A stretch of DNA of 11,554 nucleotides from a virus (lineage: Duplodnaviria > Heunggongvirae > Uroviricota > Caudoviricetes): IMG/VR virus record IMGVR_UViG_3300010355_001317, positions 64,001-75,554 of that record. The stretch is one strand, 5' to 3'. Of the stretch, positions 1 to 6,652 are shown in pieces. A program made the translations under genes and the position numbers. The notes under the pieces are model-generated. The model ran no database searches and had not been told where the DNA came from. It worked only from the letters and a program-made list of their open reading frames with translations. Positions within the stretch are counted from its first letter, which is position 1. Each line of letters starts with the position of its first letter.

Positions 1-278
1 CTCCTAAAGCCTCATGCTATTGTTCAGGCAAATAGCAAGGATTTATCGACAACTAAGTGGTACTCCCGTTAGTCCGTCAGTCAGTCAATTAAGGGCTTTC
101 AATGGGTGTGACAACCCCTTGCAAAGTTATCCCTAACTACTACCACCGATGTCCGGTTTTGAACTCGCCCAAAGTTCCTTTCCAATTTACTTCCATCAAG
201 GAATATAAATAAGAAGGCATGGTAACATAGCTGTCGTCCCCTTGCCTCAAATGCAAGGGGAATGGTGTAAAAGAACAG
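1..278 (-). ncRNA. Putative structured non-coding RNA or long 5' leader (family unidentified; may continue left of the window)
   Basis: About 44% GC (hand count, 1-270) against an AT-rich background, with no credible ORF. Seven helices can be drawn by hand on the minus strand, several containing G-U pairs. An AGGAG at 5..1 may be the RBS of a gene starting just outside the window. Confidence 0.5.
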
Positions 279-311
279 ATATATTTATATTTAAGTTAAA
301 TATAAATATAT
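279..311. promoter_or_regulatory. Perfect AT-rich inverted repeat (16-bp arms, central G), possible operator or promoter element
   Basis: ATATATTTATATTTAA-G-TTAAATATAAATATAT. The palindrome is seen directly; its function is inferred. Confidence 0.5.
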
Positions 312-360
312 ATTTATAATATAATAAAAATATCGAAAATAAAAAACTAGCACTAAAAAA

Positions 361-579
361 TTATCGTCTTATTATTCTTATATAACCTTCTCTAAGAAAT
401 TGTCTAAAAGTAGTAGTATATACAGATTGATTTGCCCTATCGTTAGATATTTCTATCCAGATATTATCATGTAAATGATCATCTACGTGTCTAACTCTAA
501 CTTCATATTCTCCTTCATTTAAATCGCAGTTACAATCGTTTTCTTTTCCTTTTATTTCTTTTATAACTTGTATAATCAT
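361..579 (-). CDS. Hypothetical protein, family F1 (72 aa)
   Basis: N-terminus MIIQVI and C-terminus FRQFLREGYIRII match the F1 motif. It starts 2 nt after the upstream stop. Confidence 0.85.
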   Translation of the reverse strand: MIIQVIKEIKGKENDCNCDLNEGEYEVRVRHVDDHLHDNIWIEISNDRANQSVYTTTFRQFLREGYIRIIRR

Positions 580-581
580 AA

Positions 582-875
582 TTAGTTCTTCATTATTTTG
601 TTAAAATTATCTGCCGTGATCCAGCAATCTTTACCATGTTGTTCTTTAGCTAGTAAAAAGATATAAGTTGCATGAGCTAGAGTACTTTTATCTACTTCTT
701 TCTCAAGAAACTTTCTTTGATTTCTTAAGCCGCATTTAGCTAGTTTACTATCTGAATATTTCATAGCACAGAGTTCTGATCTACATGAAGAACCGGGTTC
801 ACCACAAAATAAGTCCCTACCTTCTGAAACCCAGTTTAATGCAATTCTAATTTTATTGTAAAGATTTGTATCCAT
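582..875 (-). CDS. Cys-rich hypothetical protein, family F2 (97 aa)
   Basis: IRIALN, CGEPGSSC-x4-C-x11-C and WITADNF are shared with the two adjacent paralogs. Confidence 0.85.
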   Translation of the reverse strand: MDTNLYNKIRIALNWVSEGRDLFCGEPGSSCRSELCAMKYSDSKLAKCGLRNQRKFLEKEVDKSTLAHATYIFLLAKEQHGKDCWITADNFNKIMKN

Positions 876-877
876 AG

Positions 878-1192
878 TTAAATATCACTATTAATAATCT
901 TAGATTTAAATTCTTTTGCTGTAATCCATAGTTCATGGTCTGTTGAAAAGAATTCTTTCTTTATCCCATATAACTTAAGAAATCTTATTGTTAGTTCTCG
1001 TAATTCTTTTTTATTTGATAACTGATTCAAATAGTGTTCTGCACTTGCTTTACGTAATAGACAAGAAGCTCGTTGGCGGCGAAAGTTACATCTATATGCA
1101 GTACAATTTTCTCCTGGTTCATAGCACTGATCATCTCTTTGACAAGCAAGTGCGTTTAGAGCTATTCGAATAGTGTTTAGTTTCTTTTTCAT
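878..1192 (-). CDS. Cys-rich hypothetical protein, family F2 (104 aa)
   Basis: IRIALN, CYEPGENC-x4-C-x8-C and WITAKEF. ATGA overlap with the upstream gene. Confidence 0.85.
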   Translation of the reverse strand: MKKKLNTIRIALNALACQRDDQCYEPGENCTAYRCNFRRQRASCLLRKASAEHYLNQLSNKKELRELTIRFLKLYGIKKEFFSTDHELWITAKEFKSKIINSDI

Positions 1193-1485
1193 ATTCCTAG
1201 TAATTCAAATTCAGCAACCCAGTAATCTTTTAATCCAGAATGTTTTTGTAATACCTGTAAATATTTAAAGGTAACTTTAAATAAATCTTCTTTAGAAATA
1301 CTTTCTAAATATTGTATTATGTTTCTTCTGGAAACAGTAGAACAAATTGAAATAAAAGCGCAAGTATTGCTACTACAAGAATCACCGGGTTCTATACACA
1401 CACATGTTCTTTCTGAATTTCTATTAACAGAATACGATAATAAATTAAGAGCAATTCGAATAGAATTTTTAGTTTTATTATTCAT
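1189..1485 (-). CDS. Cys-rich hypothetical protein, family F2 (98 aa)
   Basis: IRIALN, CIEPGDSC-x4-C-x5-C and YWVAEF. 1-nt overlap with the upstream stop. Confidence 0.85.
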   Translation of the reverse strand: MNNKTKNSIRIALNLLSYSVNRNSERTCVCIEPGDSCSSNTCAFISICSTVSRRNIIQYLESISKEDLFKVTFKYLQVLQKHSGLKDYWVAEFELLGI

Positions 1486-1769
1486 TATTTTATTCTTGTA
1501 ATTGTATAATATCTCCTATTTTGAATTAGCTTAACATATCCTATTTTATCCATCATGAGCAAGAATCTCTTCCATCTATCGGAATATTCTGTAATTGTAT
1601 TTTGCCTATAACACTCTTTAGTATATTTTTTATGACAATCTATAAGAAGAGAATCTGTATGGATAAGGTTTTTAAGTTCGTTTGAAGTATACGCTCTTCC
1701 AATCTCCATTTTTGAGGCAAGAAATATAGCAAGCATCTTTCTATATTTTTCTCGATCTATATGTGACAT
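1485..1769 (-). CDS. Hypothetical basic protein, possible winged-helix DNA-binding protein (94 aa)
   Basis: Fits the operon packing. The pattern GRAYTSNEL...FLLMMDKIGYVKLIQNRRYYTITR resembles a winged helix plus wing hairpin (inference only). Confidence 0.75.
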   Translation of the reverse strand: MSHIDREKYRKMLAIFLASKMEIGRAYTSNELKNLIHTDSLLIDCHKKYTKECYRQNTITEYSDRWKRFLLMMDKIGYVKLIQNRRYYTITRIK

Positions 1770-1771
1770 AA

Positions 1772-2026
1772 TTACCCCTCTATTATTTTACAAATTCCTT
1801 GTCTTAAATATTCTTTAAATCTCTTAGGAGAAAGAGCTCTACTTCTGGAATAGTCTTCTTCTTCATCTAACATTAAGCAATTATACACAGAAGATTTAGC
1901 TGATCCAGGATTGTGTTGTCTATACTCAGGGTTCTTTTCATTCCAAATACTAACTATATATATAACACCCTTTCGAATATGATTGTTTTTTTCAGATTTA
2001 ATATTTTCTGTAAATATAATTTTCAT
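1772..2026 (-). CDS. Hypothetical protein, family F1 (84 aa; alternative start at 2038)
   Basis: MKIIFT start matches the family N-terminus. C-terminus FKEYLRQGICKII. Confidence 0.85.
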   Translation of the reverse strand: MKIIFTENIKSEKNNHIRKGVIYIVSIWNEKNPEYRQHNPGSAKSSVYNCLMLDEEEDYSRSRALSPKRFKEYLRQGICKIIEG

Positions 2027-2030
2027 ATTA

Positions 2031-2120
2031 TTAATCATTCCTGTTTCTATAGAAGATAGAAAGAAAAATCATAAGGATTACTGCTAAACCAAGATCCAAT
2101 AATTCTCTAATCTTTTTCAT
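2031..2120 (-). CDS. Small membrane peptide MKKIRELLDLGLAVILMIFLSIFYRNRND (29 aa, not in ORF track)
   Basis: AAGGAG RBS upstream of the ATG at 2120, one hydrophobic segment, and it fills the gap between genes. Confidence 0.6.
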   Translation of the reverse strand: MKKIRELLDLGLAVILMIFLSIFYRNRND

Positions 2121-2161
2121 AGTAGCTCTCCTTATTATTTTCAAGTTCATTAAGAACGAAT

Positions 2162-2425
2162 TTATTCTTCAATTCTTATATAGCCGTATCTCAATAATAG
2201 TCTGAAATCATATTCTGTTATATCCTGATGATAACAAGCTCTATCTTCTGTATCAGTTAATCTAAGTAACTCTTTTCCTTTACATGGTGGGATACAACTT
2301 TTATCTACTGTCTTATATAAAACTCTTATTTTATAAGTTTTATCTTTATCAAAACAACACTGATAATCAAAACCAAGATTAGCAGATTTTTGAAAAGATA
2401 AATTTTCTAAAAATTTAACTATCAT
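2162..2425 (-). CDS. Hypothetical protein, family F1 (87 aa)
   Basis: MIVKFL...FRLLLRYGYIRIEE. The start overlaps the upstream gene end, with an AAGGA RBS. Confidence 0.85.
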   Translation of the reverse strand: MIVKFLENLSFQKSANLGFDYQCCFDKDKTYKIRVLYKTVDKSCIPPCKGKELLRLTDTEDRACYHQDITEYDFRLLLRYGYIRIEE

Positions 2426-2657
2426 ATTCCTTTATAATTTTAAAGTATCCTTTTCTGTACCAGTCTCGAAAATTTTTAATAGATATAAATCTACCCTTAT
2501 TAGTATCAGAAAAAATATACAAATTACCTATCATGTTTTTATTACCAGATTTTTCAAAGTCCTCTTCTGTCCAAATAGTAACTTTATAATATCCTTGTGT
2601 TTCGATAGGACCATCTAATAGACTGCGAAGATCTTGTTTAAGAAATTTTATTTTCAT
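2415..2657 (-). CDS. Hypothetical protein, family F1 (80 aa)
   Basis: MKIKFL...FRDWYRKGYFKII. Confidence 0.85.
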   Translation of the reverse strand: MKIKFLKQDLRSLLDGPIETQGYYKVTIWTEEDFEKSGNKNMIGNLYIFSDTNKGRFISIKNFRDWYRKGYFKIIKEYDS

Positions 2658-2660
2658 AGA

Positions 2661-2879
2661 TTAATAACATTCGATAGTATCGTAGCATCCATAGATATTA
2701 CAATAGGTATTATGATAGCAGCAAGTAGCATTGATACAATATTCTAATATCTGATGCTCCAGTTGATATTGTAAAAGATTAAAAAGAATATAATCTTTAT
2801 TGCAACATGGATCTTGATAGTGATAACATCCTGTTAACACTATAAAAACAAAAGAAATAATTACTATAAGTTTTTTCAT
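2661..2879 (-). CDS. Small Cys-rich predicted lipoprotein (72 aa)
   Basis: Start re-placed at the ATG at 2879, 2 nt after the upstream stop. Signal peptide MKKLIVIISFVFIVLTG-C18 with a lipobox. Eight further Cys in the mature part. Confidence 0.75.
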   Translation of the reverse strand: MKKLIVIISFVFIVLTGCYHYQDPCCNKDYILFNLLQYQLEHQILEYCINATCCYHNTYCNIYGCYDTIECY

Positions 2880-2881
2880 AT

Positions 2882-3568
2882 TTACCATCCAAAAAATTCT
2901 GCATACATATTCATAACCTTTTGACAATCTATGATAGAAGGATGCTCAAACTGAAGATTTTCTGGCACAGTTCTAACAAACTCAGCAATTGTTTCTTCTG
3001 GGTACATCATAATGCTGGAGCTATCAAAAGGATATTTTTCTATATCATAAAATATTGGTTTTTTTGGTACAAACTGATATTGAATAATTGCTGGTAATAC
3101 CTTTATATAATCAGTATCAAAATCTAAATATAAAGAAGCATCTATTCTTTGAAATTCATGTATATCTAAACCTATTATATGTCCTAATTCATGACAAAAA
3201 CCACCTACAGAAATTTCTTTATAAGATACATCTACAAACATTTGCATATTTGTATACTGTTTGTATCCATTAATGCTTGATGCTAGAGGTGCTCCTTCGA
3301 CAAAACCGTTTGGAAGACCTATTATTCTGAGAACTCTATCTTCGTCATCCAGCGATCTTCCAGTAACATTATCAAAATAAATAACACCGTTAGTAAGAGT
3401 ATTCCACATGCACATTGCCATTACAAGATTCTTTGTTTGTGCAGGCGGCAAGGGACTTACAAACATAAAAGGAATTCTTCCTTGATTCCAAAGATAGGGA
3501 TCTTTATCAGTTGCACAACCTATGAAAATAAAAGAAAGAAGTATTATGATAAATCCTAGCTTTTTCAT
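2882..3568 (-). CDS. Predicted lipoprotein, astacin-like (peptidase M12A-type metzincin) zinc metalloprotease (228 aa)
   Basis: Lipobox IFIG-C18. HELGHIIGLDIHEFQRID resembles the astacin motif HExxHxxGFxHExxRxD. Met-turn-like FDSSSIMMYP. AGGAG RBS. Confidence 0.8.
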   Translation of the reverse strand: MKKLGFIIILLSFIFIGCATDKDPYLWNQGRIPFMFVSPLPPAQTKNLVMAMCMWNTLTNGVIYFDNVTGRSLDDEDRVLRIIGLPNGFVEGAPLASSINGYKQYTNMQMFVDVSYKEISVGGFCHELGHIIGLDIHEFQRIDASLYLDFDTDYIKVLPAIIQYQFVPKKPIFYDIEKYPFDSSSIMMYPEETIAEFVRTVPENLQFEHPSIIDCQKVMNMYAEFFGW

Positions 3569-3595
3569 ATTGAAGATCTCCTTTTAATATTATAG

Positions 3596-3667
3596 TTATC
3601 CTTTAGTAAAAATCCAAATAAAACCTGAAACAAGAAACACAATAAAAAATATTTGAAGAATAATCAT
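3596..3667 (-). CDS. Small membrane peptide MIILQIFFIVFLVSGFIWIFTKG (23 aa, not in ORF track)
   Basis: AAGGAG RBS, ATGA overlap with the upstream micro-ORF, and almost entirely hydrophobic. Confidence 0.55.
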   Translation of the reverse strand: MIILQIFFIVFLVSGFIWIFTKG

Positions 3668-3792
3668 TTCGATTTCTCCTTTTTATCTCTTTTGTTAATT
3701 CTTTCTCTATCTTTAAATCCAAGATAGTATCCAGAAAAAAAGATACAAAGTGCCCCACATAATATAAGAAATACAATTGGTATTGAATTCAT
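3664..3792 (-). CDS. Small membrane protein MNSIPIVFLILCGALCIFFSGYYLGFKDRERINKRDKKEKSK (42 aa, not in ORF track)
   Basis: ATGA overlaps at both ends. One transmembrane segment followed by a basic tail. Confidence 0.65.
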   Translation of the reverse strand: MNSIPIVFLILCGALCIFFSGYYLGFKDRERINKRDKKEKSK

Positions 3793-4016
3793 ACTTCACT
3801 TCCTTTTTCGTCTAGAATAATTAAATCACCTGTTCGTAGATAATAACGAAATTCTTCTGCTGTTATGGTGTAATAATCTGTATCAGTATATAGACGAATA
3901 TTTTTTCCAGATAAAAGAGTATCCTTTTTAACTTCCAAAACTTCAGGATCATCTTTATCATAGACAAAATCACCATGATAAGATCTAAAAAAATCTGTAG
4001 TTCGTTTTACTTTCAT
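3789..4016 (-). CDS. Hypothetical protein, family F1 (75 aa)
   Basis: MKVKRT...TAEEFRYYLRTGDLIIL. Confidence 0.85.
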   Translation of the reverse strand: MKVKRTTDFFRSYHGDFVYDKDDPEVLEVKKDTLLSGKNIRLYTDTDYYTITAEEFRYYLRTGDLIILDEKGSEV

Positions 4017-4265
4017 TTACTCACTCACAATAACAAAAATTCCTTTTCTAAGATAAGAACGAAACTCTTCTTTAGTAAAATACTTTACACGAAAATTACC
4101 ATATTTACCATATTCTATCGGAATATGTAATGTTACTATATCGCATTTTGTGCTTTCTGAATACTCCTTTCCAATAGTAACTAGTGTTCCTTCTTTATAG
4201 TAACCTTCTATTGAGAAGTCACCGAATATTGATTCAAATTCTGTATCTTTAATAATAATCTTCAT
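4017..4265 (-). CDS. Hypothetical protein, family F1 (82 aa)
   Basis: MKIIIK...TKEEFRSYLRKGIFVIV. Confidence 0.85.
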   Translation of the reverse strand: MKIIIKDTEFESIFGDFSIEGYYKEGTLVTIGKEYSESTKCDIVTLHIPIEYGKYGNFRVKYFTKEEFRSYLRKGIFVIVSE

Positions 4266-4627
4266 TATTCTTTTCCTTGTTTAGAGAAAGATAATTCTTT
4301 TCCTTCTCGAGCTTGCATCATGAATTCTGCTTCCATAAACTTCAAATGCGAACGAAATTCAAGCACTTGATTTATAGTAGGTTTTTCTATTCCATACTCA
4401 ATTTTAAAAATTGCAAGAATATCTTCCATAGGAAAGTTACAATGCATCGCAAACTCATCTGTAAGAGTCTTTGTGGCAGTATGCAATCTCATTGAAGCAG
4501 ATTCAGAACTCTTTTCTCTCGGTTGAAAGTTTTTATACTCTTCTTCGTCGCCACAAGATTTGCAGATTCCTTCCTCGTATGGAACAAAGACATGAACGCA
4601 ATCTATACATTGTTTAGTTTCTTTCAT
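4265..4627 (-). CDS. Hypothetical protein with N-terminal CxxC...CxxC putative zinc finger (120 aa)
   Basis: CIDC-x11-CKSC at residues 7-25. ATGA overlap with the upstream gene. Confidence 0.8.
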   Translation of the reverse strand: MKETKQCIDCVHVFVPYEEGICKSCGDEEEYKNFQPREKSSESASMRLHTATKTLTDEFAMHCNFPMEDILAIFKIEYGIEKPTINQVLEFRSHLKFMEAEFMMQAREGKELSFSKQGKE

Positions 4628-4827
4628 AATTCTAACTCCTTTCTCCAGATAGTTGCTTTTCTCTTTGCAGCAGAAAGAGTTAAAGCAGATTGTATTTCTT
4701 TTGTATCCCCTTTATAACAAGCGATGTTATAAAAAAGAGAATTTTCTATATGGGAGATAGTGAATAACCCATTATCCCATTCTTCTAAATCACCTATTTT
4801 GCTATATGTCCAATCTCTACGTTGCAT
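4624..4827 (-). CDS. Hypothetical protein (67 aa, MQRRDWTYSK...)
   Basis: Start re-placed at 4827, with an AGGAGG RBS and 1 nt after the upstream stop. Confidence 0.75.
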   Translation of the reverse strand: MQRRDWTYSKIGDLEEWDNGLFTISHIENSLFYNIACYKGDTKEIQSALTLSAAKRKATIWRKELEL

Positions 4828-4828
4828 G

Positions 4829-5041
4829 TTATTCCTCCTTACACAACTCATCACGAAACATCTTTTCGATTCTGTCTTCATATGCTTGGTAGTATTGATT
4901 ATGAAATACATCTTTAAAGCTCAGTTCTCCACGAAGGCGACGAAGCATCTTTAACCAATCGTTAACTGTCATACCTGGAGAAACCAGAATACATTTGTTG
5001 GAAATACTTTCAAGTTTATTAATAGCATCAGTTACTATCAT
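4829..5041 (-). CDS. Hypothetical protein (70 aa)
   Basis: AGGAG RBS and fits the operon packing. No motif recognised. Confidence 0.75.
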   Translation of the reverse strand: MIVTDAINKLESISNKCILVSPGMTVNDWLKMLRRLRGELSFKDVFHNQYYQAYEDRIEKMFRDELCKEE

Positions 5042-5043
5042 AT

Positions 5044-5292
5044 CTATTCTCCTTTTGTTATAATAACTAAAGTTCCATCAAGAATATATCTTTTAAATTC
5101 TTCTGGCAAAATTAACCAACCCGTATCACCATGTTCACCTTCTTCACACAAACTAATTCGTTTATGTTTTCCTGTTAAATGTGGTGCCGGTGAAGTCTGA
5201 TAAAAATATTCAACTCTAAATATAGTACCTGGCTGCCTAGCAAAGGAACCACATTCAGAATAGATTTCACCAATTGTATTATATACTTTCAT
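5044..5292 (-). CDS. Hypothetical protein, family F1 (82 aa)
   Basis: C-terminus GWLILPEEFKRYILDGTLVII (LDGT subtype). Confidence 0.85.
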   Translation of the reverse strand: MKVYNTIGEIYSECGSFARQPGTIFRVEYFYQTSPAPHLTGKHKRISLCEEGEHGDTGWLILPEEFKRYILDGTLVIITKGE

Positions 5293-5503
5293 CTTCCTGT
5301 ATTATTATAAGAGATTGTTCTCTTAATGCTTTTCTGAATTCATCTTTACGCATACGATATATAGTTGTGAGTGTTTTTATATGAATAAGACTGGTGGTTG
5401 AAATCGTAATAGTTCCTTCCTCACCGTGCATTTTAAACGAACCATATGAAGTGCAAGTTATTAATCTATTGTCTTTATTCCCTTTTACTCTCATAGTTAG
5501 CAT
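5279..5503 (-). CDS. Hypothetical protein, divergent F1 member (74 aa; alternative start at 5494)
   Basis: Start moved to avoid the long overlap with 5497..5718. C-terminus KDEFRKALREQSLIII (G replaced by Q). Confidence 0.75.
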   Translation of the reverse strand: MLTMRVKGNKDNRLITCTSYGSFKMHGEEGTITISTTSLIHIKTLTTIYRMRKDEFRKALREQSLIIIQEDESI

Positions 5504-5718
5504 ATCGATTGAGAAGTAAGTACTACTTCGAATCTGTCTTCTGGACAATAAGCAAAAGTGCCACATTCATCAACAAGAATAAGAGAACCATCTTCTTGTA
5601 AAGCAAACCCTTCCATGTCACAATAAATAAGATTCTTTGCCCATTCTTCTTTAAGAGCTATCTCATAAGTATCTGCTTCTTTTCCTGTAAGCTTATCTAT
5701 AACATGGAAAGTAATCAT
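5497..5718 (-). CDS. Phage-type hypothetical protein, possibly YopX-like (73 aa)
   Basis: AGGAG RBS. The pattern F-x-V-x-D-x2-TG...D-x-EGF...DG-x-L-x-L-x-D...RFEV recalls YopX-like phage proteins (from recall, unverified). Confidence 0.8.
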   Translation of the reverse strand: MITFHVIDKLTGKEADTYEIALKEEWAKNLIYCDMEGFALQEDGSLILVDECGTFAYCPEDRFEVVLTSQSIC

Positions 5719-5750
5719 TTGATTCTCCTATATATACTTATAGTTATTTT

Positions 5751-6020
5751 CTAGCTATTTTGGTTTAAAACAATTTGTTCTTCATCATTAACAAAAAGAA
5801 ACACATTCTCTTTTAAAAACTGTTTTGCTAGACGCACTTTATCCTCAGCTGTTATGTCATATCCCATACATATCTTATGACCCTTATACTTAAACATTTT
5901 TTCACAAACTTTACAAGAACAGTATGTACATGACCCACCTAGATCTATGATAGTTAAAAGTATTTCTTTTGGATCAGTTATTTCTCTTGGACTTGTTACT
6001 CTTCTATTTCTTGAAGACAT
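5751..6020 (-). CDS. Cys-cluster hypothetical protein, family F3 (89 aa)
   Basis: CTYCSCKVC-x11-C and tail DEEQIVLNQNS. AAGGA RBS before the ATG at 6020. Confidence 0.85.
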   Translation of the reverse strand: MSSRNRRVTSPREITDPKEILLTIIDLGGSCTYCSCKVCEKMFKYKGHKICMGYDITAEDKVRLAKQFLKENVFLFVNDEEQIVLNQNS

Positions 6021-6036
6021 GATTAACATCCTTTGT

Positions 6037-6264
6037 CTAGTTAGTTTGATTTAGAATAATTTGTTCCTCATCTGAGGAAGTAAGCATTGAATTAGATAAA
6101 AGCTTCTTAGCTTTTTCAACTAATATTTTACTATGTCCTATATCATAACAAAGCTTCTTCTCCCCTTCTCCGAAAGCATTATAGCAGTTTCCACAACCGA
6201 TATAATTGCATGAGTTTTTCTCTACTATCTCATCAAGTATCTCTTTCTGTTTTTTAGTAAGCAT
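6037..6264 (-). CDS. Cys-cluster hypothetical protein, family F3 (75 aa)
   Basis: CNYIGCGNC-x11-C and tail DEEQIILNQTN. AAGGAG RBS before the ATG at 6264. Confidence 0.85.
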   Translation of the reverse strand: MLTKKQKEILDEIVEKNSCNYIGCGNCYNAFGEGEKKLCYDIGHSKILVEKAKKLLSNSMLTSSDEEQIILNQTN

Positions 6265-6275
6265 ATTAAAACTCC

Positions 6276-6617
6276 TTATTGTATTTCTTTGAATATTCGA
6301 GTTAAAACCCTTCTGCATGTCTTAAACTTCTTTTCTTCTTCTTTAGAAACTCGAGAACCTCTTGCACCATAAGCAATGTTATATATAAGCTCGAGAGCAT
6401 CATATTCTTTCTTAGTCATTATTTTCTCAACTTTAGTATCTCGAAGATCAGCAGTGTCATAGGATGATTCAAAAAATAATAACTCTTGTATAACTTCATC
6501 ATCATACAGCTGATCAACATCGCATACATCGAATAGCATAGATCTTGCTTTATTAAATTCTTTTTCGTCTTGTATAGTAAGTTTAAAAACCTTCTTTCTC
6601 TTTGCCATTGTTTTCAT
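6276..6617 (-). CDS. Hypothetical helical protein (113 aa; alternative start at 6608)
   Basis: AAGGA RBS. Charged, helix-like composition. No family recognised. Confidence 0.75.
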   Translation of the reverse strand: MKTMAKRKKVFKLTIQDEKEFNKARSMLFDVCDVDQLYDDEVIQELLFFESSYDTADLRDTKVEKIMTKKEYDALELIYNIAYGARGSRVSKEEEKKFKTCRRVLTRIFKEIQ

Positions 6618-6652
6618 CCTTCTTTCAGTTTTTCAGTGTGACCGAATTTCTT

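Noticed and set aside
51-69. T-box-like string AACTAAGTGGTACTCCCG on the plus strand
   Set aside because: The UGGNAC core is present, but antiterminator helices, a terminator and a downstream plus-strand gene are not.
1-72. Plus-strand open frame LLKPHAIVQANSKDLSTTKWYSR-stop as the end of a gene entering the window
   Set aside because: Only 23 codons with no motif, against the strand bias of the region. It cannot be excluded without upstream sequence.
48-82. Group I intron P7-like GACGGACUA ... UAGUUG
   Set aside because: The G-binding G-C pair would be G-U, and the spacer is too short for P3 and P8. No group II GUGCG start or domain V was seen either.
126-157. TAGGGATAAC and ACATCG fragments reminiscent of LSU rRNA or the I-SceI site
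   Set aside because: The matches are short, their relative orientation does not fit 23S rRNA, and there is no surrounding rRNA similarity.
279-311. Palindrome as a protelomerase target or dif site
   Set aside because: The hairpin-telomere sites I know have even symmetry with no central unpaired base, and there is no XerC arm with a 6-bp spacer. No such enzyme is encoded in the window.
1485-1560. FLLMMDKIGYVKLI as a thirteenth F1 motif
   Set aside because: The spacing is F-x7-G rather than F-x6-G, the basic residues are missing, and the N-terminus is helical.
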